A stretch of 64,000 bases of DNA, taken from positions 1,376,001 to 1,440,000 of the forward strand of contig CAVSIV010000006.1 of assembly GCA_963728205.1 (NCBI GenBank), read 5' to 3'. The notes under the pieces are model-generated. The model had not been told where the DNA came from. It worked only from the letters and a program-made list of their open reading frames with translations, and ran no database searches. The translations under genes were made by a program, and so were the position numbers. Positions 8,982 to 19,295 of the stretch are shown here, piece by piece. This DNA is from an uncultured Chloroflexia bacterium. Lineage in GTDB: Bacteria > Chloroflexota > Dehalococcoidia > UBA2979. Numbering within the stretch: the first letter of the stretch is position 1; each line of letters begins with the position of its first letter.

Positions 8982-9377
8982 TCAATCCGACAGCACCTTG
9001 CGGTGGACGAACCGCCACTGGCCGTCGACCCGGCGCAGGCGGTCCTCGTAGCGGCCGGTCGTGATGATCCCGGCGTCCTTGCCGGTGCGCAGCAGCTGCA
9101 GGTAGCAGCGGTGCGTAGCGCGGTCGGGACCGTCGTCGGCGTCGGCGTCGATCACGTGGTTGTCGTTCCAGTGGCGCGAACCCGGGAGGCGCTCGTGGAA
9201 GGCGGTGGCGAACTGCGCCAGCGCGGCGGAGCCGGCCACGTTGTCGCGCGCGGTCTCGAAGACCCCGTCGGGCGTGAAGGTCGCGGCCCAGGCGTCGGCA
9301 TCGCCGGAGTCGATGGCGTGGTTGTAGCGGGCGGCCAGCTCGAGGATGGCGAGGCGGTCGGCGTCGGTCAGGGGCAT
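8982..9377 (-). CDS. SnoaL/NTF2-like family protein
   Basis: DRLAILELAARYNHAID...FTPDG...GRYEDRLRRVDGQWRF. Confidence 0.88.
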   Translation of the reverse strand: MPLTDADRLAILELAARYNHAIDSGDADAWAATFTPDGVFETARDNVAGSAALAQFATAFHERLPGSRHWNDNHVIDADADDGPDRATHRCYLQLLRTGKDAGIITTGRYEDRLRRVDGQWRFVHRKVLSD

Positions 9378-9460
9378 GTGCGGGTCCTCTCGGAGCGTCC
9401 GCATTGATAGCACGTTCGCCCGGCGGGGCGGGACCGGCGGTGGTGGCCCGGGAGGGCGAC

Positions 9461-9563
9461 CCACAGCGGCGGCAGACACGCCGCCGACAGCGCGCCGGCG
9501 GCGGCCGGCGGCCCTGGAGCGCCCGGACCGGCACGTCCCGGGCGGCATGTCTGCCGCCGCTCA
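9461..9563. repeat. inverted REP pair
   Basis: agcggcggcagacacgccgccga ... ggcggcatgtctgccgccgct. Confidence 0.8.
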
Positions 9564-9651
9564 TGGCTGGGGTGCGTGCGCGCGTGTTCGCGCGGGCAGC
9601 CGAACGCGCGGGCGTGTGCCCGCGCTGATCGCGGCGGCGTGTCTGCCGCGC

Positions 9652-10662
9652 TTATGTGGCGACGAGGTGGAGGTGGCCGCGGCGCGGCGCGCTCGCGTCG
9701 ACCGCGCCCCCGTCGAGCACCCGCAACGTCGAGCGCACGCCGGCGTCTTCGACGGGGCAGAGGTAGCCGGATCGCGCGGCCTGCTCGAGCGCGCGCAGCA
9801 GCACGGCCTCGCGGCCGGCGGTGAGCATGTCGTGGGAGTCGCCGCGGCGGACGTCGGCGACGCGCGCGGCCTCGATGGCGAGGAGGTCGCCGTCCTCGAG
9901 CTCCGAGCGCTCGGCGCGGCCGGCACGGTCGGTGAGCGTGAGCGCGCCGCCGCCGTCGGCGGAGACGATCTCGGCGGTCCCGGCGGGCGCCTCGAGCACG
10001 ACGCGCAGCACCCGGGTCGCGGCGGTGCGCGCGGTCAGCGTCGCGACGGCGCCGTCGGCGCAGCGCACCTGCGCGGCGATCGCGGTCGCCTCGGCGAGCC
10101 CGGCGCCGGCGCCGGGGTCGATCGCCGACGCCATCGCCTGCGCGGGCGCGTCGGGGAGCAGCCGCACGGCGAGCGCCGCGGCCTCGCGCAACGCCGCGAC
10201 GGCGGAGGCGGGCCGGGCGACGTCGACCGCGAGGAAGCGTGGCCGCCACGCGGCGTCGGAGGCGACGAGCGCGGCGAGGAACGCCGGAGCGGCCGCCTGC
10301 AGCGACGGCCGCAGCACCGCGAGCGCGACGTCGTGCCGCCGCGCGGCGCCCACGGCGCTCATGAGCGCGGAGCCGTCCATCGCGTCGCCGTCGAGCAGCA
10401 GGTCGGCCCCGCGCCGCGCCGCGACCTCCGCCAGCTCGTCGGCCTGCGTCGCGTCCGTGACGAGCACGGCGTCGACGTCGACCGCGCGCAGCATCTCGAG
10501 GAGGTGCTGGTAGCAGGCGAGCCCGGTGGCGGTGCGGGCGCGGACGAGTCGCGCTGCCTGGCGGTCGCCCACGGCGACGGGGGCCAGGCGGGCGCCGAGC
10601 CGCAGCGCGTGGAGCACGTCCGCGATCTCGTCGTCCCAGCCGCACACGGCAAGTCGTTCCAT
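9652..10662 (-). CDS. Gfo/Idh/MocA-like oxidoreductase fold, degenerate
   Basis: LAVCG...VAVGD...YQHLLEMLRAVDVDAVLV; lacks GxGxxG and EKP. Confidence 0.6.
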   Translation of the reverse strand: MERLAVCGWDDEIADVLHALRLGARLAPVAVGDRQAARLVRARTATGLACYQHLLEMLRAVDVDAVLVTDATQADELAEVAARRGADLLLDGDAMDGSALMSAVGAARRHDVALAVLRPSLQAAAPAFLAALVASDAAWRPRFLAVDVARPASAVAALREAAALAVRLLPDAPAQAMASAIDPGAGAGLAEATAIAAQVRCADGAVATLTARTAATRVLRVVLEAPAGTAEIVSADGGGALTLTDRAGRAERSELEDGDLLAIEAARVADVRRGDSHDMLTAGREAVLLRALEQAARSGYLCPVEDAGVRSTLRVLDGGAVDASAPRRGHLHLVAT

Positions 10663-10811
10663 TGGCAGCGAGCGTACGTGCGCGCCCGCGCCGAGGCGTC
10701 GGGAGAAGGGCTGAGACGCCCCGGGGGAACCCCTGACATCCGGTCGCCGACCTTCGGGGATTCCCCGACCGGGAATAGGGACCGCCACTGACGCCTCGGC
10801 GCCTGGCGCGT

Positions 10812-10839
10812 CTGAGCCGCCACCGGGGGCCGTCGATGA
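10812..10839 (+). promoter_or_regulatory. sigma28 (FliA/SigD)-like promoter of flagellin 1
   Basis: CTGAG-N15-GTCGATGA versus consensus TAAA-N15-GCCGATAA. Confidence 0.55.
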
Positions 10840-10922
10840 TTCCTGCAGCCCGCCCGACCGGGGGCTCAGCGGGAGCCCGACAGGGATGTCGAGCGCAGAA
10901 GGCGAAGGAGGCCTGACCAACC

Positions 10923-12104
10923 ATGAGCATGATTATCAATACGAACGTCATGGCAATGAATGCCCAGCGCAACCTCAACATCACCTCGATGAAGATGGGG
11001 AAGGCGCTGGAGCAGCTGTCGAGCGGCCTGCGGATCAATCGCGCCGCCGACGATGCGGCCGGCCTCGCCATCAGCGAGAAGATGCGCGCGCAGGTGGGCG
11101 GCATGCAGCAGGGCCTGCGCAACGCGCAGGACGGCGTGTCGATGATCCAGACCGCTGAAGGGGCGCTGTCGGAGACGACCGCGATCCTCCAGCGCATGCG
11201 CGAGCTGACCACCCAGGCGTCGTCCTCGACGCTGTCGACGTCGGACCGGCAGGCGATCGGCGACGAGCTGCTCTCGCTGAAGAACGAGATCGACAACATC
11301 GCCACCCGTACCCGGTTCAACGGGCTGAACCTGCTGACGGGCGATCTGTCGGTGACGACGGCGAGCACGATCCCGAACATCACGGGTGCCTCGACCGGCG
11401 TCGTCTCGACGGCCATCGACGTCGCCGGCGGGACCGCCGGCACGACGTACACGCTGTCGGCGAGCGGCAACGACATCACGCTGACGAACGGCACGACGAA
11501 CGTCGCGCAGACGATCACGCTGTCTGCGATGTCGACGGCGAACGGCGCGCAGTCGGTGAACTTCGACGCGCTGGGCGTGAAGCTGACGCTGACGCACGAC
11601 AACACGGCGAACGCAGTGACGGCGGCGGAGCTCGCGACCGGCCTCGACACGAAGACGATCGTGACTGCCACCGCGAGCGGCAGCGCGACGTACCGGGTCG
11701 GCTCGGAGACCGGTGACAACGTCACGGTCGCCTACGGCGACATGCGGGCGACGGCGCTGGGCACCGGCACCAGCTTCTACCTCAGCGACCTCGTCACCGA
11801 CAACAACGCAGTGTCCGACACAAGCAAGGCGGACACACTGCTGACGGCGATCGACGACGCGATCAACCAGGTGTCGACGCAGCGCGCCCAGCTCGGCGCG
11901 GCGCAGAACCAGATGGAGTCGGCGATCAACTCGCTCGGGGTCTCGGTGGAGAACCTGAGCGCGTCGGAGTCGCGCATCCGCGACGCGGACATCGCGCAGG
12001 TGTCGTCGGAGCTGGTGACGCGGCAGATCATGCAGCAGGCCGGCGTGGCGGTGCTCGCGCAGGCGAACTCCGCCCCGCAGGCGGTGCTGAAGCTGCTCCA
12101 GTAA
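10923..12104 (+). CDS. fliC: flagellin 1
   Basis: INTN...LSSGLRINRAADDAAGLAISEKMRAQ; ESRIRDAD...LAQAN. Confidence 0.98.
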   Translation: MSMIINTNVMAMNAQRNLNITSMKMGKALEQLSSGLRINRAADDAAGLAISEKMRAQVGGMQQGLRNAQDGVSMIQTAEGALSETTAILQRMRELTTQASSSTLSTSDRQAIGDELLSLKNEIDNIATRTRFNGLNLLTGDLSVTTASTIPNITGASTGVVSTAIDVAGGTAGTTYTLSASGNDITLTNGTTNVAQTITLSAMSTANGAQSVNFDALGVKLTLTHDNTANAVTAAELATGLDTKTIVTATASGSATYRVGSETGDNVTVAYGDMRATALGTGTSFYLSDLVTDNNAVSDTSKADTLLTAIDDAINQVSTQRAQLGAAQNQMESAINSLGVSVENLSASESRIRDADIAQVSSELVTRQIMQQAGVAVLAQANSAPQAVLKLLQ

Positions 12105-12144
12105 CCCCCCAGCCCGGTCAGCCTCCCCCGGTCCGGGAGGCACG

Positions 12145-12174
12145 CGAGGCCCCCGTCATGTGACGGGGGCCTCG
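12145..12174 (+). terminator. stem-loop terminator after flagellin 1
   Basis: cgaggcccccgtca-tg-tgacgggggcctcg. Confidence 0.7.
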
Positions 12175-12284
12175 TCGTATCTCATGAACGCGCCGCCCGG
12201 CGCCGGGGTCGCGCGGCGCGATCAGGCGTGCCGCGCGTGCTCAGGGCGGCCCTGCGCGCCCGCGGAAGAAATCGGGGAAAACCC

Positions 12285-12311
12285 TTAAGGGGCCGCTCTC
12301 GTCGCCGATGA
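12285..12311 (+). promoter_or_regulatory. sigma28-like promoter of flagellin 2
   Basis: TTAAG-N14-GCCGATGA. Confidence 0.7.
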
Positions 12312-12408
12312 TCGCGGCAAGGATCCCGGGTCGCGACGGGATTCGGCACGCTTCTGGCCGACAGGATGTCGGCAGCAGGAATGTTCGGCGAAGGAGGCCG
12401 GATACACC

Positions 12409-13590
12409 ATGAGCATGATCATCAACACCAACATCATGGCGATGAACGCTCAGCGAAACCTGAGCATCACGTCGTCGAAGATGGGGAAGGCGCTGGAGCA
12501 GCTCTCCAGCGGCCTGCGCATCAACCGCGCGGCGGACGACGCGGCGGGGCTCGCGATCAGCGAGAAGATGCGAGCGCAGGTCAACGGCATGCAGCAGGGC
12601 CTGCGCAACGCGCAGGACGGCGTGTCGATGATCCAGACCGCTGAAGGCGCGCTGTCGGAGACGACGGCGATCCTGCAGCGCATGCGCGAGCTGACGGTGC
12701 AGGCGGGCTCGACGACGCTGTCGACGTCGGACCGGCAGGCGATCGGCGACGAGCTGGTCTCGCTGAAGAACGAGATCGACAACATCGCGACGCGCACGCG
12801 GTTCAACGGGCTGAACCTGCTGACCGGCGACCTGTCGGTGTCGACGTCGAGCACGATCGCGGACATCACGGGCGCGTCCACCGGCGTGGTGTCGACGGCG
12901 ATCGACGTGACGAACGCGCAGGCGGGGACGACGTACACGCTGTCGGCGTCGGGCAGCGACATCACGCTGACGAACGGGACGACGAACGTCGCGCAGACGA
13001 TCACGCTGGCGGCGATGTCGACGGCGGACGGCGTGCAGTCGGTGAACTTCGACGCGCTGGGCGTGAAGCTGACGCTGACGCACGACAACACGGCGAACGC
13101 GGTGACGGCGGCGGAGCTGGCCACCGGTCTCGACACGAAGACGGTGGTGACGGCGGCGGCGAGCGGGAACGCGAGCTACCGGGTCGGCTCGGAGACCGGA
13201 GACAACGTGACGGTGGCGTACGGCGACATGCGGTCGACGGCGCTGGGCACCGGCACGGGCCAGTACCTCAACAACCTGGTGACCGACAACAACGCGGTCT
13301 CCTCGACGGCGCTGGCGAGCACACTCCAGACGTCGATCGACGACGCGATCAACCAGGTGTCGACGCAGCGGGCCCAGCTCGGTGCGTCGCAAAACCAGAT
13401 GGAGTCGGCGATCAACTCGCTCGGGGTCTCGGTGGAGAACCTGAGCGCGTCGGAGTCGCGCATCCGCGACGCGGACATCGCGCAGGTGTCCTCGGAGCTG
13501 GTGACGCGGCAGATCATGCAGCAGGCCGGCGTCGCGGTGCTCGCGCAGGCGAACTCGGCTCCGCAGGCGGTGCTGAAGCTGCTCGGCTAA
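12409..13590 (+). CDS. fliC: flagellin 2
   Basis: Flagellin N- and C-terminal motifs; near-identical to flagellin 3. Confidence 0.98.
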   Translation: MSMIINTNIMAMNAQRNLSITSSKMGKALEQLSSGLRINRAADDAAGLAISEKMRAQVNGMQQGLRNAQDGVSMIQTAEGALSETTAILQRMRELTVQAGSTTLSTSDRQAIGDELVSLKNEIDNIATRTRFNGLNLLTGDLSVSTSSTIADITGASTGVVSTAIDVTNAQAGTTYTLSASGSDITLTNGTTNVAQTITLAAMSTADGVQSVNFDALGVKLTLTHDNTANAVTAAELATGLDTKTVVTAAASGNASYRVGSETGDNVTVAYGDMRSTALGTGTGQYLNNLVTDNNAVSSTALASTLQTSIDDAINQVSTQRAQLGASQNQMESAINSLGVSVENLSASESRIRDADIAQVSSELVTRQIMQQAGVAVLAQANSAPQAVLKLLG

Positions 13591-13614
13591 CGCGGGCGGC
13601 GAGCTTCCGGGCTC

Positions 13615-13653
13615 AAGAGGGGCCCCCTTCCCAGGAAGGGGGCCCCTCTTTGT
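13615..13653 (+). terminator. intrinsic terminator after flagellin 2
   Basis: aagaggggcccccttcc-ca-ggaagggggcccctctt followed by tgt. Confidence 0.8.
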
Positions 13654-13758
13654 CTGGCGCAGGGCGCCCATGGGAGGTGGTCGTCTCGGCGGAGAACCCC
13701 TATGCGAGCCCATCGCGCGCCCTAGGCAGCAACGCCCGATCTGCACCGGGGATGCCCC

Positions 13759-13785
13759 TAAGGAACATCCCTGCCCCGCCGATGA
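13759..13785 (+). promoter_or_regulatory. sigma28-like promoter of flagellin 3
   Basis: TAAG-N15-GCCGATGA. Confidence 0.72.
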
Positions 13786-13881
13786 TTCACCTGTAGCCCT
13801 GAACGTGTCGCGACACTCGAGACGGGCAACACGACCGGCAGGACGCCGGCGCAACACGGCGAAGGAGGCCGAAGACCCACC

Positions 13882-15064
13882 ATGAGCATGATCATCAACA
13901 CCAACGTCATGGCGATGAACGCTCAGCGAAACCTGAGCATCACGTCGTCGAAGATGGGGAAGGCGCTGGAGCAGCTCTCCAGCGGCCTGCGCATCAACCG
14001 CGCGGCGGACGACGCGGCGGGGCTCGCGATCAGCGAGAAGATGCGAGCGCAGGTCAACGGCATGCAGCAGGGCCTGCGCAACGCGCAGGACGGCGTGTCG
14101 ATGATCCAGACCGCTGAAGGCGCGCTGTCGGAGACGACGGCGATCCTGCAGCGCATGCGCGAGCTGACGGTGCAGGCGGGCTCGACGACGCTGTCGACGT
14201 CGGACCGGCAGGCGATCGGCGACGAGCTGGTCTCGCTGAAGAACGAGATCGACAACATCGCGACGCGCACGCGGTTCAACGGTCTGAACCTGCTGACCGG
14301 CGACCTGTCGGTGAGCACGGCGAGCACGATCGCGGACATCACGGGCGCGTCCACCGGTGTGGTGTCGACGGCGATCGACGTGACGAACGCGCAGGCGGGG
14401 ACGACGTACACGCTGTCGGCGTCGGGCAACGACATCACGCTGACGAACGGGACGACGAACGTCGCGCAGACGATCACGCTGGCGGCGATGTCGACGGCGG
14501 ACGGCGTGCAGTCGGTGAACTTCGACGCGCTGGGCGTGAAGCTGACGCTGACGCACGACAACACGGCGAACGCGGTGACGGCGGCGGAGCTGGCCACCGG
14601 TCTCGACACGAAGACGGTGGTGACGGCGGCGGCGAGCGGGAACGCGAGCTACCGGGTCGGCTCGGAGACCGGCGACAACGTGACGGTGGCGTACGGCGAC
14701 ATGCGGTCGACGGCGCTGGGCACCGGCACGGGCCAGTACCTCAACGACCTGGTGACCGACAACAACGCGGTGTCGACGACGGCGCTGTCCAGCACGCTGC
14801 AGACGGCGATCGACGACGCGATCAACGAGGTGTCGACGCAGCGGGCGAAGCTCGGCGCGTCGCAGAACCAGATGGAGTCGGCGATCAACTCGCTCGGGGT
14901 CTCGGTGGAGAACCTGAGCGCGTCGGAGTCGCGCATCCGCGACGCGGACATCGCGCAGGTGTCGTCGGAGCTGGTGACGCGGCAGATCATGCAGCAGGCC
15001 GGCGTGGCGGTGCTCGCTCAGGCGAACTCGCGCCCCGCAGGCGGTGCTGAAGCTGCTCGGCTAA
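13882..15064 (+). CDS. fliC: flagellin 3 (+1 frameshift near 15030, probably an assembly error)
   Basis: Removing one base restores ...AQANSAPQAVLKLLG* ending at TAA 15062-15064. Confidence 0.93.
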
Positions 15065-15093
15065 TCCCGGCGGCGAGCTTCGTGGCTTACGAG

Positions 15094-15127
15094 CGGGCCC
15101 CCTTCGCAGGAAGGGGGCCCGTTTCTT
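15094..15127 (+). terminator. intrinsic terminator after flagellin 3
   Basis: cgggcccccttc-gcag-gaagggggcccg followed by tttctt. Confidence 0.78.
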
Positions 15128-15158
15128 GTCCGGCGCCGGGAAGAAGAACGCGGACTGC

Positions 15159-16157
15159 CTATGCGGCGAACGGAAGCATTCGCGCGCGGTCGGGCGCGAG
15201 CAGTGCGTCGAGGTCCGGGCGCGTCGCGGGCGGGATACCGGCGACGCCGACGTCGGCGGCGGCCATGCCACTCGCCGCGAAGAGCGCGTCTGCGCGCTCG
15301 AGCGCCTCGTCGAGCAGGAGGCGGTACACCGCGCGGTCGCCCTCGGGGTCGTCCTCCGCGCGCCACTGGTCCGGGAACGCGGCTTCGACCCGTGCGCTGG
15401 CCTCCGGCACGTACATCGCGGCCCACAGCTCCATGCGCTCGTGCTCCGGCAGCGGCAGCGCGCGGTACGCAGGGCTCGCGGGGCCCGCGAGGCCGCGTCC
15501 GTGGAGGTAGCGGATCATCGCGCGAAAGGCGTCGTCGGCCTGCCAGTAGGGCTCGATGTCGTTCTCCGCGAGCACGGCGAGCGGGGTCGTCTCACTCGAG
15601 AGCGCGCAGGTGCCGCAGCGATGCACCTCCACGACGGCCAGCTCTCCGGCGGGCCCGGCCGGGTCGCGCTGGAATGGGAAGCCGCGACACACCTCGGGTC
15701 GGTGCCGGTGCGCGGCGCACAGCCCCGCCACGCGCCACTCCCCGCTCGACGTGGAGGTGGCGGCACGCTGCAGCGCGGCGGGCAGCCCGGCGAACCGCTC
15801 GGGATCCTCGTCGCGAATCCGGCGCGCGTCGACGTTGGTGAGCTCCTCGTAGAAGACGCAGGCCCGGCGCGTGCCCTCGTAGGCCACGTGCGCGAGTCGG
15901 CCCACGAGTGCGCCGTCGGCGTTCCACCGGAAGGTGACGGTCTCGTCGTTGATGATCTCGCGGGCGGACTTCCGCACCGCATGTCGCAGCCGCACGAGGT
16001 CGTATGGCTTCACGAGGATCCACTTGTCGACGCAGCAGTTCCACCCGCGTCCGCTGCAGCTCCAGCGGATCGAGGCGTCGGGTGCGACCGGCCGCCCGGG
16101 CAGGTCGCGCGAGCCGAGCCCGGGGCTCGAGGGCGAGGCAAGCGGTGCTCGTGTCAT
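15159..16157 (-). CDS. YkgJ/FliB-like cysteine-cluster protein (CxxCxxCC family)
   Basis: WSCSGRGWNCC, PYDLVRL, CVFY, LCAAHRHRPEVCRGFPF, CGTC. Confidence 0.75.
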   Translation of the reverse strand: MTRAPLASPSSPGLGSRDLPGRPVAPDASIRWSCSGRGWNCCVDKWILVKPYDLVRLRHAVRKSAREIINDETVTFRWNADGALVGRLAHVAYEGTRRACVFYEELTNVDARRIRDEDPERFAGLPAALQRAATSTSSGEWRVAGLCAAHRHRPEVCRGFPFQRDPAGPAGELAVVEVHRCGTCALSSETTPLAVLAENDIEPYWQADDAFRAMIRYLHGRGLAGPASPAYRALPLPEHERMELWAAMYVPEASARVEAAFPDQWRAEDDPEGDRAVYRLLLDEALERADALFAASGMAAADVGVAGIPPATRPDLDALLAPDRARMLPFAA

Positions 16158-16272
16158 GCCTGCGATGCTGGCGCAGCCGCGCCGTCGCGTACATCGGGGA
16201 GAGTCCCGATGGGGGCCCGGACGGTGAGCCGAACCTCCGCGGACAGGGACGGCGCGCATGCCGCCGCAGGCG

Positions 16273-17674
16273 CTACGCCAGGTGCGAGAATCAGCAGCGT
16301 CGCGAGGCCGAGGTAGATGAGGAACCCCATCACGTCGGTCGTCGTCGTCAGCCAGATGCCGCTCGACAGCGCCGGGTCCTGCCCGAGCCGCTGCAGTCCC
16401 ATCGGGATCAGGGTGCCGAAGAACGCGCCGACCAGGACGTCACCCGTCATCGCGACGCCGACCAGCACCCCGAGCCACGCGTTCCCCTGCCACGCCAGCG
16501 CGACGAGGCCGACCATCAATCCCGTCGATGCGCCGACCACGAGGCCGGTGAGCAACTCGTGGCCGAGCACGCGCGCCACCTCGCTCGGCGAGACGCGCCC
16601 CAGCGCCAGCGACCGCACGACGACGGTGGTCGTCTGGATGCCGGCGTTGCCGCCCTGCCCGGCGATCACCGGCAGGAACGCCGCGAGCACCACGGCCTGT
16701 CCCAGCGTGCCCTGGAAGAGCGACACCACGTATCCCGCGAGCAGCGCCGTGATCAGGTTCACCGACAGCCACGGCAGCCGGTAGCGAATCGACCGACGGA
16801 CGTCGCGGAGGTCCTCCTCCTCGTTCACGCCGACCATGCGGAACATGTCCTCGGTCGCCTCGTCCTCGAGCACGTCGAGGAGGTCGTCGGCGGTGACGGT
16901 CCCGAGCAGGTGGCCGAGCGAGTCGACGACGGGCAGCGCGAGCAGCTTGTACTGCTTGAGCAGGCGCGCGGCCTCTTCCTGGTCGGCGTCGGCCTGCACG
17001 GTGACGAGGTCGGTCTGCATGAGGTCGCTGACGTCGGTGTCGGGCGGCGCGCTGATCAGGGCGCGAAAGTTGATGACGCCGTTGAGGCGGCGGCGGGCGT
17101 CGGTCACGTAGAGGTAGAACGGCTGCGACGCGTTCGGCCGCTGCCCGCGCACGAGGTCGATGGTCTGCTCGGCGGTGAAGTGGGGGCGCACGGTGACCAC
17201 CTGGCCGGTCATGCGGCCGCCGGCGGTGTTCTCGTCGTGGGTCAGCAGCCGCTCGATGGCCCGACGCCGCTCGAGCGGGATCGCCGCCAGCACCGCCTCC
17301 GCGGCTTCCGGCTCGAGGTCCTGGACGATGTCGGTCGCGACGTCGTCGGCGACGGCGCTCAGCACCTTGCCGGCGGTCTCCGACGGCAGGTCGCGCAGCA
17401 GGGCACCGCGGAAGTGCGGCTCGACGTAGTAGATGGCGTCGGCGGCGGACTCGGAGTCGAGCGCCGAGAGCAGGATGGCGCGCTCGTCGTCGGTGAGCGC
17501 CTCGAGGGCGTCGGCGAGCTCCGCGGGGTGCAGGCCGAGCGCGAGCTCGAGCGCGCCGCCCAGGTCGCCGCCGTCGAGCAGCGCATGGAGGCGGTCGCGG
17601 GGCGACAGCTCCTCCTCGCGTTCGCGCTCCTCGGCGGGCGCGATGCTCTCCGGGTCGGCGGACGGCTGCGTCAT
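16273..17674 (-). CDS. mgtE: magnesium transporter MgtE (3' end likely frameshifted at 16288)
   Basis: LHPAELADALE, TAGGRMT, CBS pair, RLPWL, GQGGNAGIQ, DPALSS, TTTTDV; corrected end LISHLA*. Confidence 0.93.
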
Positions 17675-17857
17675 GGGCGGCTCCCGTCGCGCGCGAACGT
17701 TCCCGCGCGGACACGAGAGTAGCGAACGCGGGCCCAACGGACCGGGAGCGCCGCCCGCGCCCGCCCCGTTGCGCGCTCGAGACCGCTCCCGGCGACGCGG
17801 CGCCCCGCTCACGCGCCGCTATACTCGCGCCGCCGCCGCACCGAGAGGAGACGCCCC

Positions 17858-18535
17858 ATGCCCACCGTCACCGCGAACGGCATCGAGCAGCACTACGAGC
17901 TCACGGGCGAGGGCCCGCACACCATCGCGTGGATCCACGGCATCGGCGGCTCGCTCAACTACTGGCGCGACGACCTGCCGAAGTTCCCGGGCTTCCGCCA
18001 CCTCACCTACGACGTGCGCGGCATGGGCGAGTCCGCCGGCACGGACGGGCCCGTCTCGCTCGAGACATGGGCGAGCGACCTGGCGGCGCTGATGGACGCG
18101 CTCGGCATCGAGCGGGCCATCGTCGCCGGCTCCTCGATGGGCGGTGCGATCGCCCAGCGCTTCGGCATCGACTTCCCCGCGAAGACCGAGGGCCTGCTGC
18201 TGCTCTCGACGTCGAGCCGCGTCGGCGCGGCCGCCGAGGCGTCGTGGATGCAACGCGCCGACGAAACCGAGCGCAACGGCCAGCCGTGGCTCGCCGCCGC
18301 CCAGCGCGCCGTGGCCGCCTACAACATGGACGAGGCGCTCAAGGGCATCCGCGTGCCGACGCTCGTGCTCGTCGGCGATGCCGACCCGACGACGCCGCCG
18401 GGCGGCTCGGTGATCATCTCGCGCTGCATCCCGGGCGCCGAGCTCGAGATCTACCCCGGCATCGGCCACGCGCCGTTCCACGAGGAGCCGAAGTCGGTCG
18501 AGCGCGCGCAGCGCTGGCTGGCGCAGTTCCGCTGA
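17858..18535 (+). CDS. alpha/beta hydrolase
   Basis: IHGIGG, YDVRGMGES, GSSMGG nucleophile elbow, GDAD, GH. Confidence 0.9.
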   Translation: MPTVTANGIEQHYELTGEGPHTIAWIHGIGGSLNYWRDDLPKFPGFRHLTYDVRGMGESAGTDGPVSLETWASDLAALMDALGIERAIVAGSSMGGAIAQRFGIDFPAKTEGLLLLSTSSRVGAAAEASWMQRADETERNGQPWLAAAQRAVAAYNMDEALKGIRVPTLVLVGDADPTTPPGGSVIISRCIPGAELEIYPGIGHAPFHEEPKSVERAQRWLAQFR

Positions 18536-18659
18536 ATGGGCCGCCGACCGTGCCGGCGCCCTTCCTGCACCGCTGTTCCGGCCGGCCGCCGGCCCTGCCC
18601 GTCGCCCCGAACACGCGTGTTACGATTCGGCCCGGCAGCCCGTCTCGAGGGGTGGAGAC

Positions 18660-19164
18660 ATGTCTCAGCAGATCGCGAAGGATCCGCGTCTCTTTCGCGA
18701 CGTCATGGGTCGCTTCGCGACCGGCGTCACGGTGCTCACGCTCAACGTCGACAACGAGCTGCGCGGGATGACCGCGAACGCCGTGACGTCGCTCTCGCTC
18801 GAGCCGATGCTGCTGCTCGCGTGCGTCGACCGGAAGTCGTCGACGCACGCGATGTTCGAGCAGGCCGACGCCTTCGGGGTGAACATCCTCGAAGCCGGCC
18901 AGCGTCCGCTCTCCGAGCTCTTCGCCCGCCACGGCACGCCGCCCGAGCCGATGGGGGGCGCCGCGTACCGCCTGGGCGTGCTCGACGTGCCCGTGCTCGA
19001 TGGCGCGCTCGCGTATGCCGAGTGCCGCGTTCGCGAGCGCTACGAGGGCGGCGACCACACGAATCGTGATCGGGGAGGTCGTCGACATGGCCGTCGAGCG
19101 CCCCGACGGCGAGCCGCTGGTGTTCTTCTCCGCCGGCTACCGGCGCCTGCGGGAGCCGAGCTAG
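18660..19164 (+). CDS. flavin reductase-like protein (+1 frameshift at 19061)
   Basis: FRDVMGRFATGVTV, SLSLEP; corrected GDHTIVIGEV...PLVF..GY. Confidence 0.9.
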
Positions 19165-19295
19165 CCCCCCGCGCCGCGAGCCCGGCCGCCCCCGGACTTC
19201 GTCATCCCCGCCGCGGATGCGGGGTCTTCCCGATGCTGCCACGCGGCCTCGACTCGATAGGCTTGTCCGGCATCCGCAGCGCACGGGGAGGGCCT

